Source of the DNA: a virus
IMG/VR virus record: IMGVR_UViG_3300017917_001562
Location: 44,582 to 108,581 of that record
Strand: one strand, 5' to 3'
Length of the DNA: 64,000 nucleotides
Shown: piece after piece, positions 47,889-57,794 of the stretch
Layout: each line of letters begins with the position of its first letter
Position numbering within the stretch: the first letter of the stretch is position 1
Position numbers and translations under genes: made by a program
The notes under the pieces: generated by a model
Seen by the model: only the letters and a program-made list of their open reading frames with translations
What the model was told of the DNA's origin: nothing
Database searches by the model: none

Positions 47889-48405
47889 TTTCCTTACCTC
47901 GACGCATGTTAAGCTGCCAGCGAGCCATGCGACCTTTTTCGCCTTCGGCATGTTTGAATTTTTCAAGTTGTGCTATTGTAGCATTTTTAGGAATGCCCAT
48001 TCTTTGGCTGAGACCTTTACGACCTGGGTTTTTACCATCAGCAAAGTTTTCTCCTACATTATAAGTAGGATCTAACTTTTGTCTAGGCCCTTTTACAGTA
48101 CTAGGGGGATCTATGTCAGTAGTTTTAAGGCCTGTTTTTTCTAGGTCTTTAATATATTTGTGTTCTTCTTCTTCACTGCCAAATGCCATAATGGTACTTG
48201 GTGGCCCTTGTCCAAAATCATGATGGCCTAGTCCTTTTAAGTTACTGATATGTTGTCCTAATTTATACCAGTCGTAGACATCGCTGACATCTACTCGCAC
48301 TGTACCTTGGGGCATAGTTGGTTTAAATTCGGGACCTGGGGGAGTATCATTTGGGTGATAATCTTCATCAAAATCCCTATGTTTAATAAACTCTTTTGCT
48401 CGCAT
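47869..48405 (-). CDS. hypothetical (probable internal head) protein
   Basis: MRAKEFI start; basic C-terminal module ENFADGKNPGRKG. Confidence 0.7.
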   Translation of the reverse strand: MRAKEFIKHRDFDEDYHPNDTPPGPEFKPTMPQGTVRVDVSDVYDWYKLGQHISNLKGLGHHDFGQGPPSTIMAFGSEEEEHKYIKDLEKTGLKTTDIDPPSTVKGPRQKLDPTYNVGENFADGKNPGRKGLSQRMGIPKNATIAQLEKFKHAEGEKGRMARWQLNMRRGKENAGSKN

Positions 48406-49880
48406 TATAGATCCAATGGCTTACTTTGAATAGCTTCCGGGTGTTCTTTGTTAAAGTGTCGCATAATAATGCCTGCTTCGGCATTAGCTTCATTTTCAAT
48501 TGGAGTGCCGGTCTCGCCGGCGCCTGCGTACATTTCACCATCTAAGTATTGTTTAAAATGTACTAGTTCATGCGCTAATGTACGCAGTATATCTACAGGG
48601 TGTCTATTTGCAATACCTAAATAAATTTTTAATTCATCATTAACAAAACGACCAAATGTTGCTTGACCGTCGTGTGCTTTTAAATGTTTTTGAATTTTAA
48701 TGTGAGGTAATTTATCGAGTTCTAAGTGTTTAGCTGCCAACGGCAAAAAATCAGCCAGCATCTTAGATATTTCTTCATAGCTTGCCCCGGTACCCTGATC
48801 TTCAGTCACTGATTTACTTTTTGTACTGTGTCCTGCTTGTCTTGCACGACGGCCAGCACAGTGAGCTCGTTGACTAAAACCTTTTGGATTGCTACAGTTG
48901 ATGCTTTTCTTATATTTCTTAGTCCACTTTTCCTCAAGCTCTTCTTCACCGTAACCTAACTGTGCCGCAGCTTGTTGTTGTGGACTAGCAATACCCGGTG
49001 GAGTAACTAAAGGCATACGAGGCTGTTCAGCTAATTTAAAGGCTTTAAGATTTTTTTGTATTGCGCCAGGTCTTATGTCCTGTGTCAAGCTCATGCTGTA
49101 TCTAGGATCTTTAGCTTGTTTCTTGCTGGCGATAACACCAACCCCGCCCATTTCCTCAAGGTGTCCGGGAATAGGACTGGCAGTGCCTGCACCGTCAGGC
49201 ATGATGTCTTCATTGGAAGTTGCGGGAATTTTATCAAAGATTGCAGCTAATTCTTGACTGGGTTTTGAATACATTTGTGTAAGGAATTCAGCACGGGCTT
49301 TAGCGTCTTTACGAATCTGATTCCATAAATTACGGCATTCTGTTCCGTGACTTACATCGTAATCCTTGCCTTTAATTTTAATTGTTTTGTGTATTTCAGG
49401 AATTACAATAACATAACCGTGTTGGTCAGCAGTAGCAGGATTTTTGTTTGTAGGATCCCATACTTTATAATAACTGGGACTGCCGGCGGGTTTTGTTATG
49501 TTACCATCTTTATCTTTTTGATCCCGTTTAGTGAATGTATCTGGATTTAATCTGTCTGCATCTGGCGCACCAACTGCTGTAATTAAAATTGTTGTAGTGG
49601 GATCAAAAGCTTCTGGTAATACATACATCTTGTTGGTTTCAACAATATGATTTCCGGGAACACCTGCAGCTGTGATTAATTGGTACTTGTCGTTAAAGTT
49701 AAATGGGCTTTTAGCACTACTGGTATCATTGCTAGTTAAAATGAAAACATTTTCATTGCCAAACTTCTTTTGTAGTTGTGCAAAAACCCCTGCATGTCCT
49801 TGATGGAAAGGCTGAAAACGGCCGGGGTAAGTGACAACGACACGGGGTTTATTTTGTTCGTATAATTCGTGGGCAAACAT
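48405..49880 (-). CDS. cytidyltransferase-like (HxGH) domain fused to a HExxH peptidase-like module
   Basis: YPGRFQPFHQGH; KKSINCSNPKGFSQRAHC; LRTLAHELVH..Q...ENEANA. Confidence 0.8.
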   Translation of the reverse strand: MFAHELYEQNKPRVVVTYPGRFQPFHQGHAGVFAQLQKKFGNENVFILTSNDTSSAKSPFNFNDKYQLITAAGVPGNHIVETNKMYVLPEAFDPTTTILITAVGAPDADRLNPDTFTKRDQKDKDGNITKPAGSPSYYKVWDPTNKNPATADQHGYVIVIPEIHKTIKIKGKDYDVSHGTECRNLWNQIRKDAKARAEFLTQMYSKPSQELAAIFDKIPATSNEDIMPDGAGTASPIPGHLEEMGGVGVIASKKQAKDPRYSMSLTQDIRPGAIQKNLKAFKLAEQPRMPLVTPPGIASPQQQAAAQLGYGEEELEEKWTKKYKKSINCSNPKGFSQRAHCAGRRARQAGHSTKSKSVTEDQGTGASYEEISKMLADFLPLAAKHLELDKLPHIKIQKHLKAHDGQATFGRFVNDELKIYLGIANRHPVDILRTLAHELVHFKQYLDGEMYAGAGETGTPIENEANAEAGIIMRHFNKEHPEAIQSKPLDL

Positions 49881-49910
49881 ACTGTACTATTTCTATTACA
49901 GTATTTAGCT

Positions 49911-50354
49911 TCATGTATTTTTTAAGAACCAAAGATAAAACGGACTAGTAAACTTTAATCTATAACTGCCGTTCCAACCTAAGTTGAGGCATCCCTCAAT
50001 AGTAGAGTTTTCTGGATTATCTGCTACAAATTCACTGTGCGACCATTTCAAATATTTTAATTCAATGTCATCAATTTCGATACTTTCGATGTTTAATAAC
50101 ATATCTTGAACGATCTCTGAGGTAACCTCATTTGTGATAGTATCCCCTGCTTCTTTATTTTCTAGTCTTATTTCTAATAAATGCTCTTGATCTTCGTCGA
50201 GTTCACATGTAAATCTATAAAGTTCAGTATCTTGCTTGGCATAGCCTGAAACCATTTCTTGTCCATCGAGTCTAATAGAAAATTTAGGTAATTTCTCCCA
50301 AAAAGTTCCATTTAATCCTATACAAAAAGAAATTTTTTCTTTATATTGAGTCAT
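49911..50354 (-). CDS. hypothetical protein, tandem paralogue A
   Basis: shares QEHLLEIRLENK, DMLL.I.SI.ID.I.L, LG.NGS..LKF..PFYLW with 50358..50801. Confidence 0.75.
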   Translation of the reverse strand: MTQYKEKISFCIGLNGTFWEKLPKFSIRLDGQEMVSGYAKQDTELYRFTCELDEDQEHLLEIRLENKEAGDTITNEVTSEIVQDMLLNIESIEIDDIELKYLKWSHSEFVADNPENSTIEGCLNLGWNGSYRLKFTSPFYLWFLKNT

Positions 50355-50357
50355 TTA

Positions 50358-50801
50358 TTAACCATTTTCCATCATCCATAGATAAAATGGAACAGAAAAT
50401 TTAAGCTGAAAACTACCATTATAACCCAAATCTGTACAATTTAATTGTGGTTCTATATTAGGATTATCGGGCAAATATTTTCCCTTATCAGCAATTAAAT
50501 AGTCTAGATCTATTTCATCTATTTTAATGCTGTGTATATGTAACAGCATGTCTTTTATAATATTCTTTTTTTCACTGTCTAATAAAGTATCTTTTTTGTT
50601 TTTATTCTCTAACCTTATTTCTAATAGATGTTCTTGGTCTTTTTCTAAATCCGCTGTAAATTCATATATACATGGCGTAGTGTCTGCAAACCCGGACAAA
50701 TATTTTTTACCATCTATTAGAATTCTGAACTGTGGCGGCTTAAACCAATAGTCGCCACTTAGTTCTATATCAAATCTAATAGATTCTTTAAGCTGACTCA
50801 T
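50358..50801 (-). CDS. hypothetical protein, tandem paralogue B
   Basis: see paralogue A; start at MSQLKES. Confidence 0.75.
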   Translation of the reverse strand: MSQLKESIRFDIELSGDYWFKPPQFRILIDGKKYLSGFADTTPCIYEFTADLEKDQEHLLEIRLENKNKKDTLLDSEKKNIIKDMLLHIHSIKIDEIDLDYLIADKGKYLPDNPNIEPQLNCTDLGYNGSFQLKFSVPFYLWMMENG

Positions 50802-51723
50802 TGGCTGTTTCTTGAGCCCTAGCCAATGCTTCTGCAGCTGCAGCTTTTTGTGCTTCGATAGCTGCTTGGCCTTCAGGACTGTCAGCGGAAACACGCTTCA
50901 AGCCTTTACGCTCCAATGCCGCCAAGTCGCCCTTGAATTCATAATGTCCAATGTGGTTCAACAGTACACGGCTGTCTGCCCAAATGTCACCACCCATTGC
51001 TTGCCAGCGACGGCAGAATGTCCAGTCTTCGCTCAAGTAGTGTCCACGCTCGTCAATAACAGTATCAAAAATACTGTACATGAAAGGCTCGTATTGCTTG
51101 CCTAGACCGATGTCATCGACATATTTGCACTCTGGATGAGCTTTAATTAATTGCTCATACACAGATTTTCTAAACAACAAGAAACCTGTACCTTGCGTGT
51201 CAACTTGGAAGATAGGACCTTCAATGCGGCCACCGTTTTTCAAGTTAATAACATAGTCAATGGGCAATGACTTCTTAGGATACAATCCACCGATAACATC
51301 TTTGTCTGCAGCAATCATACCAAAGATAGCTTCTGGTTCAAAACGAATGTCTGCGTCAATGAACATAAAGTGAGTAGCCGCTGCATTGGTCATCATTTTA
51401 GCGCACAGGTTATTTCGTGCTCTAGTAACCAATGATTCGTTAACCATAGTATCTAGGCTCCAGTTTAGGCCTACTCGTTGTGCCAATAGCGTAAAACGCA
51501 AGAAGCTGGTCATAGTTGGTTCGCTGACCATACCACCATAGCATGGAACTGCAAAGTGTACATGAACCTTGCTAAAATCAAATTGATTACCTTGAGGCAT
51601 TTGAGGTGAAGTTTTTGCTAGTTCGGGCACAGGCATAATTGCTTTTGTTAGTTTAGGCACTGGGGTAGCAGTAGCTTTGCCGGTGATTTCTTTAGCTTCG
51701 ACTGGTTTTTTTGAATCGCTCAT
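50788..51723 (-). CDS. GT-A fold glycosyltransferase-like protein
   Basis: PCYGG, ESLVTRARN, FMFIDADI (DxD), GTGFLL, YLSEDWTFC. Confidence 0.8.
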   Translation of the reverse strand: MSDSKKPVEAKEITGKATATPVPKLTKAIMPVPELAKTSPQMPQGNQFDFSKVHVHFAVPCYGGMVSEPTMTSFLRFTLLAQRVGLNWSLDTMVNESLVTRARNNLCAKMMTNAAATHFMFIDADIRFEPEAIFGMIAADKDVIGGLYPKKSLPIDYVINLKNGGRIEGPIFQVDTQGTGFLLFRKSVYEQLIKAHPECKYVDDIGLGKQYEPFMYSIFDTVIDERGHYLSEDWTFCRRWQAMGGDIWADSRVLLNHIGHYEFKGDLAALERKGLKRVSADSPEGQAAIEAQKAAAAEALARAQETANESA

Positions 51724-51746
51724 GAGTTTCTTTCTTAAGTAATTGA

Positions 51747-51911
51747 TTATGCTATATTAACTTCGACAACAAAACCGTTGCCAAGTAATTCTTCTGCTAC
51801 GGATGCTAGTGCATCTGTAACTTCTTGTGTGATTTCCATTTTGTCAGCTGTGTCATCTTTAACTAGTCGACTAACAGTAATCACAATGTTCTGTTCTTGG
51901 ATTTTAGCCAT
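51747..51911 (-). CDS. 54-aa hypothetical protein (below the ORF-track cutoff)
   Basis: MAKIQEQNIVITVSRLVKD...VVEVNIA*; TAAATA and AAGGA upstream. Confidence 0.65.
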   Translation of the reverse strand: MAKIQEQNIVITVSRLVKDDTADKMEITQEVTDALASVAEELLGNGFVVEVNIA

Positions 51912-51941
51912 TATACCATCCTTGGGTTATACGGATATTTA

Positions 51942-52673
51942 TTAGGGTATATAGACCTGTTTAAAAATTTGTGATACAATTCCCGGAGCCATTAAGCCCA
52001 AATATGTTAAAATTTTATCATCTTTAGCATAGATATAACAGCCCCTAAACCATAATCTTCTGTTTTCAAAGTTATATTTGGCTCCTTGTGGTACTTTGAC
52101 TTCGTCGCCTAAATTTTCCAAATATTGTCCTATGCTGACTCTAATGTCAGTATCTATGTTGTAATTTTCCTTAAAATATATTTTATATTGATATTCAGTA
52201 GGCTTTTTAACAACAATCTGATTAGACTCCAAAGTCAATTTGGCAAGTTCACTTTGCGGTCTAAAAATCTCTCTTAATGCAGCACTGTCGCCACCGGACA
52301 ATTCATAAAGCAGTTGTTCGTCATTGGTATATACAGATAGGTGTGGTTCTTCAACTCTGTATTTTACTGTGCTTTTGTTTTCAGTTAATACCTTAGTCCA
52401 ATATTCTAACTGTTCAACCGTGGCCGCTAAGTAGTCCTTTTTTCTTTGCGTTATGTAAGGAGTATGATTGTGCCCATGCCATTTGAAAAAATTGTATTTT
52501 CTTTGTTCAACAAAGCTTTCTATACTAAGCACATCGGGCTGAGTTCTTATAATTAACCCCATGGGCACATACAGTATGGCTTTATACACATACTGATTAA
52601 AAAACCTTTTATTAGTAGCTTTTACTTTACAGGTTGGATTTAACTTCGTCCAAGACAACGTATCCATTTTCAT
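51942..52673 (-). CDS. hypothetical phage protein
   Basis: 243-aa ORF downstream of clpA. Confidence 0.65.
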   Translation of the reverse strand: MKMDTLSWTKLNPTCKVKATNKRFFNQYVYKAILYVPMGLIIRTQPDVLSIESFVEQRKYNFFKWHGHNHTPYITQRKKDYLAATVEQLEYWTKVLTENKSTVKYRVEEPHLSVYTNDEQLLYELSGGDSAALREIFRPQSELAKLTLESNQIVVKKPTEYQYKIYFKENYNIDTDIRVSIGQYLENLGDEVKVPQGAKYNFENRRLWFRGCYIYAKDDKILTYLGLMAPGIVSQIFKQVYIP

Positions 52674-54921
52674 CTATGGCCTTATTAGTAGGGTAAAGGA
52701 TGTATTCGTTTTCACGAACATCAAAATCAAACTGGCCGTTGATAAAATCAACATACACAGTACAATTTTGTAAGTTTTCAAACAAAATCTTTTTACTCAA
52801 AGGTACTTTGATCAATTCATTTATCTTACGAGCAAGCGGTCTGGCACCCATCTTGCTGTCGTAACCTTTGTCAATAATTTCGTCGACAGCATCATCACGA
52901 ACTCTAACACTGATGTGTTTGTCACTTAGCAAGTCATTGATGTCTTTAATGAACTTGTCGACAATTCGTTCAATGTGTTGCTTGCTGAGTTTATTAAACT
53001 TGACCACACCGTCAAGTCTGTTTCTAAATTCGGGCTTAAAAAAGTCCTTAACAGCTCGGTCATCTTCGCCTTCGCGGTCTAGGCTAGTAAATCCAATGCT
53101 GTTACGCTCACTGTCTTGTGCGCCCAAGTTACTGGTTAAAATAACAATGCTGTTGCGGCAGTCTGCTTTTTTACCGTTACTGCTGGTAATGACACCTTCG
53201 TCCATCAAACTCAACAACAAGTTACTGACATCAGGGTGTGCTTTTTCAATTTCATCAAACAAGATGATACTGTTGGGATTCTTTTCAACTTCACTAATTA
53301 ATAAACCGCCACCTAAGTTGCCATCGTCATAGCCTACATACCCGGGGGGAGCACCAATCAATTTGGCTACACTGTGCTTTTCTTGATACTCGCTCATATC
53401 ATATCTTAATAGTTTCATACCAAGATTTTCAGCTAACAACTTAGCAAGTTCTGTTTTACCTGTGCCTGTGGGTCCTAAGAACAAGAATGAACCAACAGGC
53501 TTGTTCAATGCTTTTAGACCAGCACGGCTAACATAAATCTTTTCCAATACATTTTCAACTGCGGCATCTTGTCCAAACAGTTTTGATTTAATGTTAGGCT
53601 CAAGGCTTTCAAGATTTTTTGTAGTTTCATTGTCTAATTGGTGTACTGGAATCTTAGTAAACTTACTGAGACTGTCGATAATATGACTTTTACGCAGTAC
53701 AAAATTGAGCTGTGCAATTTTTAATCTTGCCATACTGGCATCAATTAAATCAATGGCTTTGTCAGGTAACCTTTTATCTGTTTGATATCTAACACTCAAA
53801 TCAACTGCGGCGTCAATGGCTTCATCGCTGACAGTGCCGTTATGGAATTCTTCAAAGTATTCTTTAAGTCCATGCAGAATGTCTTTGGCCACTGCGGGAG
53901 TTGGTTCTTCCACAGTCATGCGATAAAAGCGACGCATTAATGCACGGTCTTTTTCAAAACTCTGACTGTATTCTTCCCAGGTGGTGCTGGCAATGACTTT
54001 AATGTTGCCTTTGGTCAGCGCAGGCTTAATCATATTACTAAAGTCCAAGCTACTGCTGCTGCCTGACCCTGCACCACGCATGGTATGTGCTTCATCAATA
54101 AACAAAATACATCGGCCTTTTGTGGCCAGTGCTTTCATTACATCTTTAAACTTTTCTTCAAACTCGCCACGATATTTACTGCCGGCCAACAAACTGCCAA
54201 TGTCTAGATTATAAACAGTGTAGTCTAGCAAATAATCAGGCACTTCTTGTTCAAAAATGCATCTGGCAAGACCTTCGGCAATGGCAGTTTTACCTACACC
54301 GGGATCGCCTACCATTAGAATGTTGCTTTTATTTCTTTTTGCCAGTACTTCAACAATTTCTTGGATTTCTGTAGCTCTACCAATGACAGGATCGATTTCA
54401 CCTTTTTCAGCTTTGGCATTTAAGTTAGTACAATATTCGTTAAGAATAGCATCTGCTTGATTAGCAGGCTTTTTCTTTGTGTTCTTACTGAAATTCTTAT
54501 TCCAATAAGTGATTAATTTGTCTTTTTCAAACCCATACTTTCTAAGAAAGTAACTAGCATGGCTGGCTTCTTCATCTAAGATACTTAGAAATAAGTCAAT
54601 GACTTGCAATGTTGCACGACCGCTGAATAGAACCTGTGTAAATGCACGATTAAAAACACGCTCCAGCGTTCTTGTTTTCTTAGGAGTACCAGACTGACTT
54701 TTGTCAGTTAAGACCTGTGTTTGATTTGTAAGGTGTTGATCTAAGTCTTGTACCAGACTGTCTACATCAACACCATAGTCTCTGCAGAATTGACCGAATG
54801 TCTCGTCCTGAACAATAGCCAAAGCCAAATGTTCCAATGTGCTGTATTGATGATTTTTTTCTACTGCAATGGCTGTGGCCGCAGCAACGATTTTGTCAAT
54901 TTCTGGGGAAGATTCAAGCAT
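52627..54921 (-). CDS. clpA: ATP-dependent Clp protease ATP-binding subunit, ClpA-like
   Basis: Clp N-domain, DPVIGR, GDPGVGKT, FIDEAH, LPDKAIDL, GPTGTGKT, DEIEKAHP, MGARPL; no ClpB M-domain. Confidence 0.93.
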   Translation of the reverse strand: MLESSPEIDKIVAAATAIAVEKNHQYSTLEHLALAIVQDETFGQFCRDYGVDVDSLVQDLDQHLTNQTQVLTDKSQSGTPKKTRTLERVFNRAFTQVLFSGRATLQVIDLFLSILDEEASHASYFLRKYGFEKDKLITYWNKNFSKNTKKKPANQADAILNEYCTNLNAKAEKGEIDPVIGRATEIQEIVEVLAKRNKSNILMVGDPGVGKTAIAEGLARCIFEQEVPDYLLDYTVYNLDIGSLLAGSKYRGEFEEKFKDVMKALATKGRCILFIDEAHTMRGAGSGSSSSLDFSNMIKPALTKGNIKVIASTTWEEYSQSFEKDRALMRRFYRMTVEEPTPAVAKDILHGLKEYFEEFHNGTVSDEAIDAAVDLSVRYQTDKRLPDKAIDLIDASMARLKIAQLNFVLRKSHIIDSLSKFTKIPVHQLDNETTKNLESLEPNIKSKLFGQDAAVENVLEKIYVSRAGLKALNKPVGSFLFLGPTGTGKTELAKLLAENLGMKLLRYDMSEYQEKHSVAKLIGAPPGYVGYDDGNLGGGLLISEVEKNPNSIILFDEIEKAHPDVSNLLLSLMDEGVITSSNGKKADCRNSIVILTSNLGAQDSERNSIGFTSLDREGEDDRAVKDFFKPEFRNRLDGVVKFNKLSKQHIERIVDKFIKDINDLLSDKHISVRVRDDAVDEIIDKGYDSKMGARPLARKINELIKVPLSKKILFENLQNCTVYVDFINGQFDFDVRENEYILYPTNKAIDENGYVVLDEVKSNL

Positions 54922-54929
54922 AAAAATAT

Positions 54930-55760
54930 TTAGTGGTTGTATTTCAGTTTTTGAATTTGTTCAAGAGCATCATTGCTTAGATCAGTTGGAATAGTAACTT
55001 TGATTTTAACATACAAGTTGCCTTTGATATCTTTTTGAAACGCCGGTAATCCTTCACCTGCAATTTTCAATTTGGTATCTGGTTGACAACCTGGATGGAT
55101 CCTAATCAAAAATTGTTTACCATCTAGTCCCACAACTGTTTGCTCACAGCCTAGTATAGCATCAAAGCACGATATAGTCAAGTTAGTTAATAGATCTAAT
55201 CCGCTGATTTCAAAATCTGTGTCGTTAACAACTCGTATGTTGATATACAAATCACCCCGTTGCAGATTGGTAAACATACTGTCACCCAATTGCGGGTATT
55301 TAATTGTAGTTCCACTGGTTACGCCTGCAGGTATAGTAATATCCACAGTATATATTTGATCGTTACTGGTTCTTATTCTTAATGTTTTGGGCTGTGCAGT
55401 TAATGTTTCGGTTAACATAACTTGAACATCTGCTCTAATGTCTTTGTTACGGCGTTCTGGTTGTCTAAAATTTGGGTGATTACCAAAGGGATTACCGAAC
55501 CCAAACCTACTAAAAATCTCATCTAGATTAATATCTTGGCCTTGTCCAAAATTGAAATGAATATTATTGGGCTGTGGGTTATCATACTGTGCCCGTTTTT
55601 CGGGATCACTAAGTACACGGTACGCTTCTTCTACTTGTTGGAATTTGGCCGTATCTCCTCCCTTGTCGGGATGGTGCTGACTGGCCAGTTTTCTATATGC
55701 TCGTTTAATTTCTTCAGGTGTGGCAGTTTTTGCAATGCCTAAAGTGTCGTAATGACTCAT
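54930..55760 (-). CDS. DnaJ-class (CbpA-like) co-chaperone
   Basis: J-domain with HPD, G/F region, C-terminal domain, no zinc finger. Confidence 0.92.
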   Translation of the reverse strand: MSHYDTLGIAKTATPEEIKRAYRKLASQHHPDKGGDTAKFQQVEEAYRVLSDPEKRAQYDNPQPNNIHFNFGQGQDINLDEIFSRFGFGNPFGNHPNFRQPERRNKDIRADVQVMLTETLTAQPKTLRIRTSNDQIYTVDITIPAGVTSGTTIKYPQLGDSMFTNLQRGDLYINIRVVNDTDFEISGLDLLTNLTISCFDAILGCEQTVVGLDGKQFLIRIHPGCQPDTKLKIAGEGLPAFQKDIKGNLYVKIKVTIPTDLSNDALEQIQKLKYNH

Positions 55761-55766
55761 AGGTTA

Positions 55767-55806
55767 ATTATAAATGAAAATCCGGACAGAGTCAAACAGT
55801 CCGGAT
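55767..55806 (-). promoter_or_regulatory. sigma70 promoter for dnaJ-clpA overlapping an inverted repeat
   Basis: TTGACT-17 nt-TATAAT; the -35 lies in the loop of ATCCGGAC/GTCCGGAT. Confidence 0.65.
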
Positions 55807-55820
55807 CTCAATGCACCCAA

Positions 55821-56039
55821 TTACTTCTTTTTGCCGTCGGGTACTTTTTCACCTTCGACTTTTTTGTGTACTTTGATTTTGCTACACTTTTGGACTGGAT
55901 TGCCTTTGTTGTCTTTCATTGGCTTGCCGTCTTTGCCTACGACATCTTTACATACTTCTTTTACTTCTGCTTCTGCCTGCGCCGGAGCAGTAAATCCAAA
56001 TGCTAGTGCTAGGCTGACAATAATTGCTTGTAGTTTCAT
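55821..56039 (-). CDS. small secreted protein
   Basis: signal peptide ending AQA, two Cys, Lys-rich. Confidence 0.7.
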   Translation of the reverse strand: MKLQAIIVSLALAFGFTAPAQAEAEVKEVCKDVVGKDGKPMKDNKGNPVQKCSKIKVHKKVEGEKVPDGKKK

Positions 56040-56211
56040 AGTTTTGTTTCCTTATGGTTGTGGTTTAGTTGATTCTTACGAAGGTGAGCTTCTAAAGCCG
56101 CTTGTAATAATGCCGCTTGATGCGGATTGCTTGAATCTTTTTTGAGGTAATGTTGTATTACTTGTGCCAAATCGTGGGCTTTGGCCTGTTGTAGGTATGC
56201 TAGACGATAAT

Positions 56212-56469
56212 TCATTTTTGCATTCCTGCTAATTTTTCTTCACTTCTTTTCCATGCAGTAACACCTATTATACCGCCCATAGCCATATGGAATAGGCCTG
56301 CACCTTTCAGTGTCAATGGCTCCCACTGGCTAGTAACTTGTCCCGAATAATGTGCTTGAAGTACGCTCCACAACACAGGAAAAATCGCAAAGTCTAAAAT
56401 ACAGACAACCATGTACATCCATGCCATGTATGGTCGCCATTTACGATCTGTCCAATGTTCAGTTTTCAT
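56212..56469 (-). CDS. holin-like membrane protein
   Basis: WRP.MAW.Y...DF.IFP...G...G.....RS.EK, like 3TM/GTA holins; in the lysis cluster. Confidence 0.7.
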   Translation of the reverse strand: MKTEHWTDRKWRPYMAWMYMVVCILDFAIFPVLWSVLQAHYSGQVTSQWEPLTLKGAGLFHMAMGGIIGVTAWKRSEEKLAGMQK

Positions 56470-56660
56470 TATACTACTGCCATTGCTACATTACAACACT
56501 GTACAATATATCTAAACATTTCTTCATTGCCGGCACATTCTTGTGCGGCCCTAATGTCTCTGATTTCTTGTAACAAATAATTTTTTTCCTCGGCACTGAT
56601 ATTGCCCAATTGGTACTGTTCAGTGATTGCTGTGATTTCGTGTTCTAATAAATGCATCAT
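56469..56660 (-). CDS. hypothetical protein
   Basis: ORF coupled on both sides. Confidence 0.6.
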   Translation of the reverse strand: MMHLLEHEITAITEQYQLGNISAEEKNYLLQEIRDIRAAQECAGNEEMFRYIVQCCNVAMAVV

Positions 56661-57022
56661 CTTCCTTTCCATGCAGACAAAGCTGCTTCGATTCTTTGTT
56701 TACCTGTTTTTTTACCTAGATCACAAAATACTGGATTTTTATTTGAGCTCAACTTTTCTAGATGTTTATTGAGACCTTGTAGGTTTTCTTTTTGCGGATC
56801 ATCACGCAGTGTGGCATAACGATCTAACTTCTTGGCTTGATACTGTACCCGAGTCCAGTCTGGATTCTTACAGTCTACAGCATCAAGTTCTTGTTCAATA
56901 ACTACTAATGTTTCAAACATAACAGGATCGTGATCTCTAGGCCAATATTGTTTAACTGTAGCAACTACGCTACAGCCAGATAATAATACAGCAACTGTTA
57001 TGGCTGATAAAAATTTAATCAT
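56657..57022 (-). CDS. lipoprotein
   Basis: lipobox LLSGC. Confidence 0.75.
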   Translation of the reverse strand: MIKFLSAITVAVLLSGCSVVATVKQYWPRDHDPVMFETLVVIEQELDAVDCKNPDWTRVQYQAKKLDRYATLRDDPQKENLQGLNKHLEKLSSNKNPVFCDLGKKTGKQRIEAALSAWKGR

Positions 57023-57324
57023 TTGTAAGTACCTTCATAAATTGATTTTTGTACATGATACCACTCAATCCATGCATCATTTCTGACTGCACATTCATAA
57101 TAGGTGCTGTAGTTCATAGTAATAGTTTTAGAAACATCACTTAGTTGAGCACCTGGTTGTAGCTTTTCTAATTGGGGACACGCTGTGTTAGAAAACTTAG
57201 GAGCATCAGGCCACTTTTGTCTGACAGGTGGAGTAGTACAGCCTGTGCAAGTTGCTAATAGTACCAAAGCAAATAGCAAACATATGATTAGTGTACTACG
57301 AGAATTTTGATCTTCGTCGGTCAT
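57019..57324 (-). CDS. o-spanin-like lipoprotein
   Basis: hydrophobic segment and CTGC, Pro-rich, CP.L, NY..YYEC; follows the i-spanin. Confidence 0.7.
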   Translation of the reverse strand: MTDEDQNSRSTLIICLLFALVLLATCTGCTTPPVRQKWPDAPKFSNTACPQLEKLQPGAQLSDVSKTITMNYSTYYECAVRNDAWIEWYHVQKSIYEGTYK

Positions 57325-57794
57325 TTTGATTCCTTAGCGGGAAAAGGATTTTCTGCAGCTTGATTATGTAATTCAATAAACTTGTCAGGAATAACACAAG
57401 TATTGTTATACCTGACTACTTCTTTTTCAATGTCTCTATAGATAGTATTTGCTTTTTGTTTAATAACTTTTGTTTTTTCTACTACTTTAGTTTCTATTTT
57501 GCTGGTAGCTTCTGCGGCCTGTTGTTCGGCAATCTTGACCTTTTCTTCTGCTTCTTTTACTTTTGCACGCCACTCTGCTTCTGTTTGATAACTGCCTTTA
57601 AAATAAACACCACCCAATAACAGTACAGCACTTACTAACTGTAACAAATGATAGTAAGGGCTCATACCAGGCCAACGGTTTAGTATTTTGTTAATAACAA
57701 AGAAACTGAGGAAAGTCATAACAGCTCCAGTGATCAATATAAAATTGACCACCGTGTTCAAAAAGCTGTCAGGTACAAAACTCAGTAAAAACAT
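57321..57794 (-). CDS. i-spanin-like protein
   Basis: N-terminal TM helices, coiled coil, C.IP..FI..HN.AA. Confidence 0.7.
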   Translation of the reverse strand: MFLLSFVPDSFLNTVVNFILITGAVMTFLSFFVINKILNRWPGMSPYYHLLQLVSAVLLLGGVYFKGSYQTEAEWRAKVKEAEEKVKIAEQQAAEATSKIETKVVEKTKVIKQKANTIYRDIEKEVVRYNNTCVIPDKFIELHNQAAENPFPAKESK

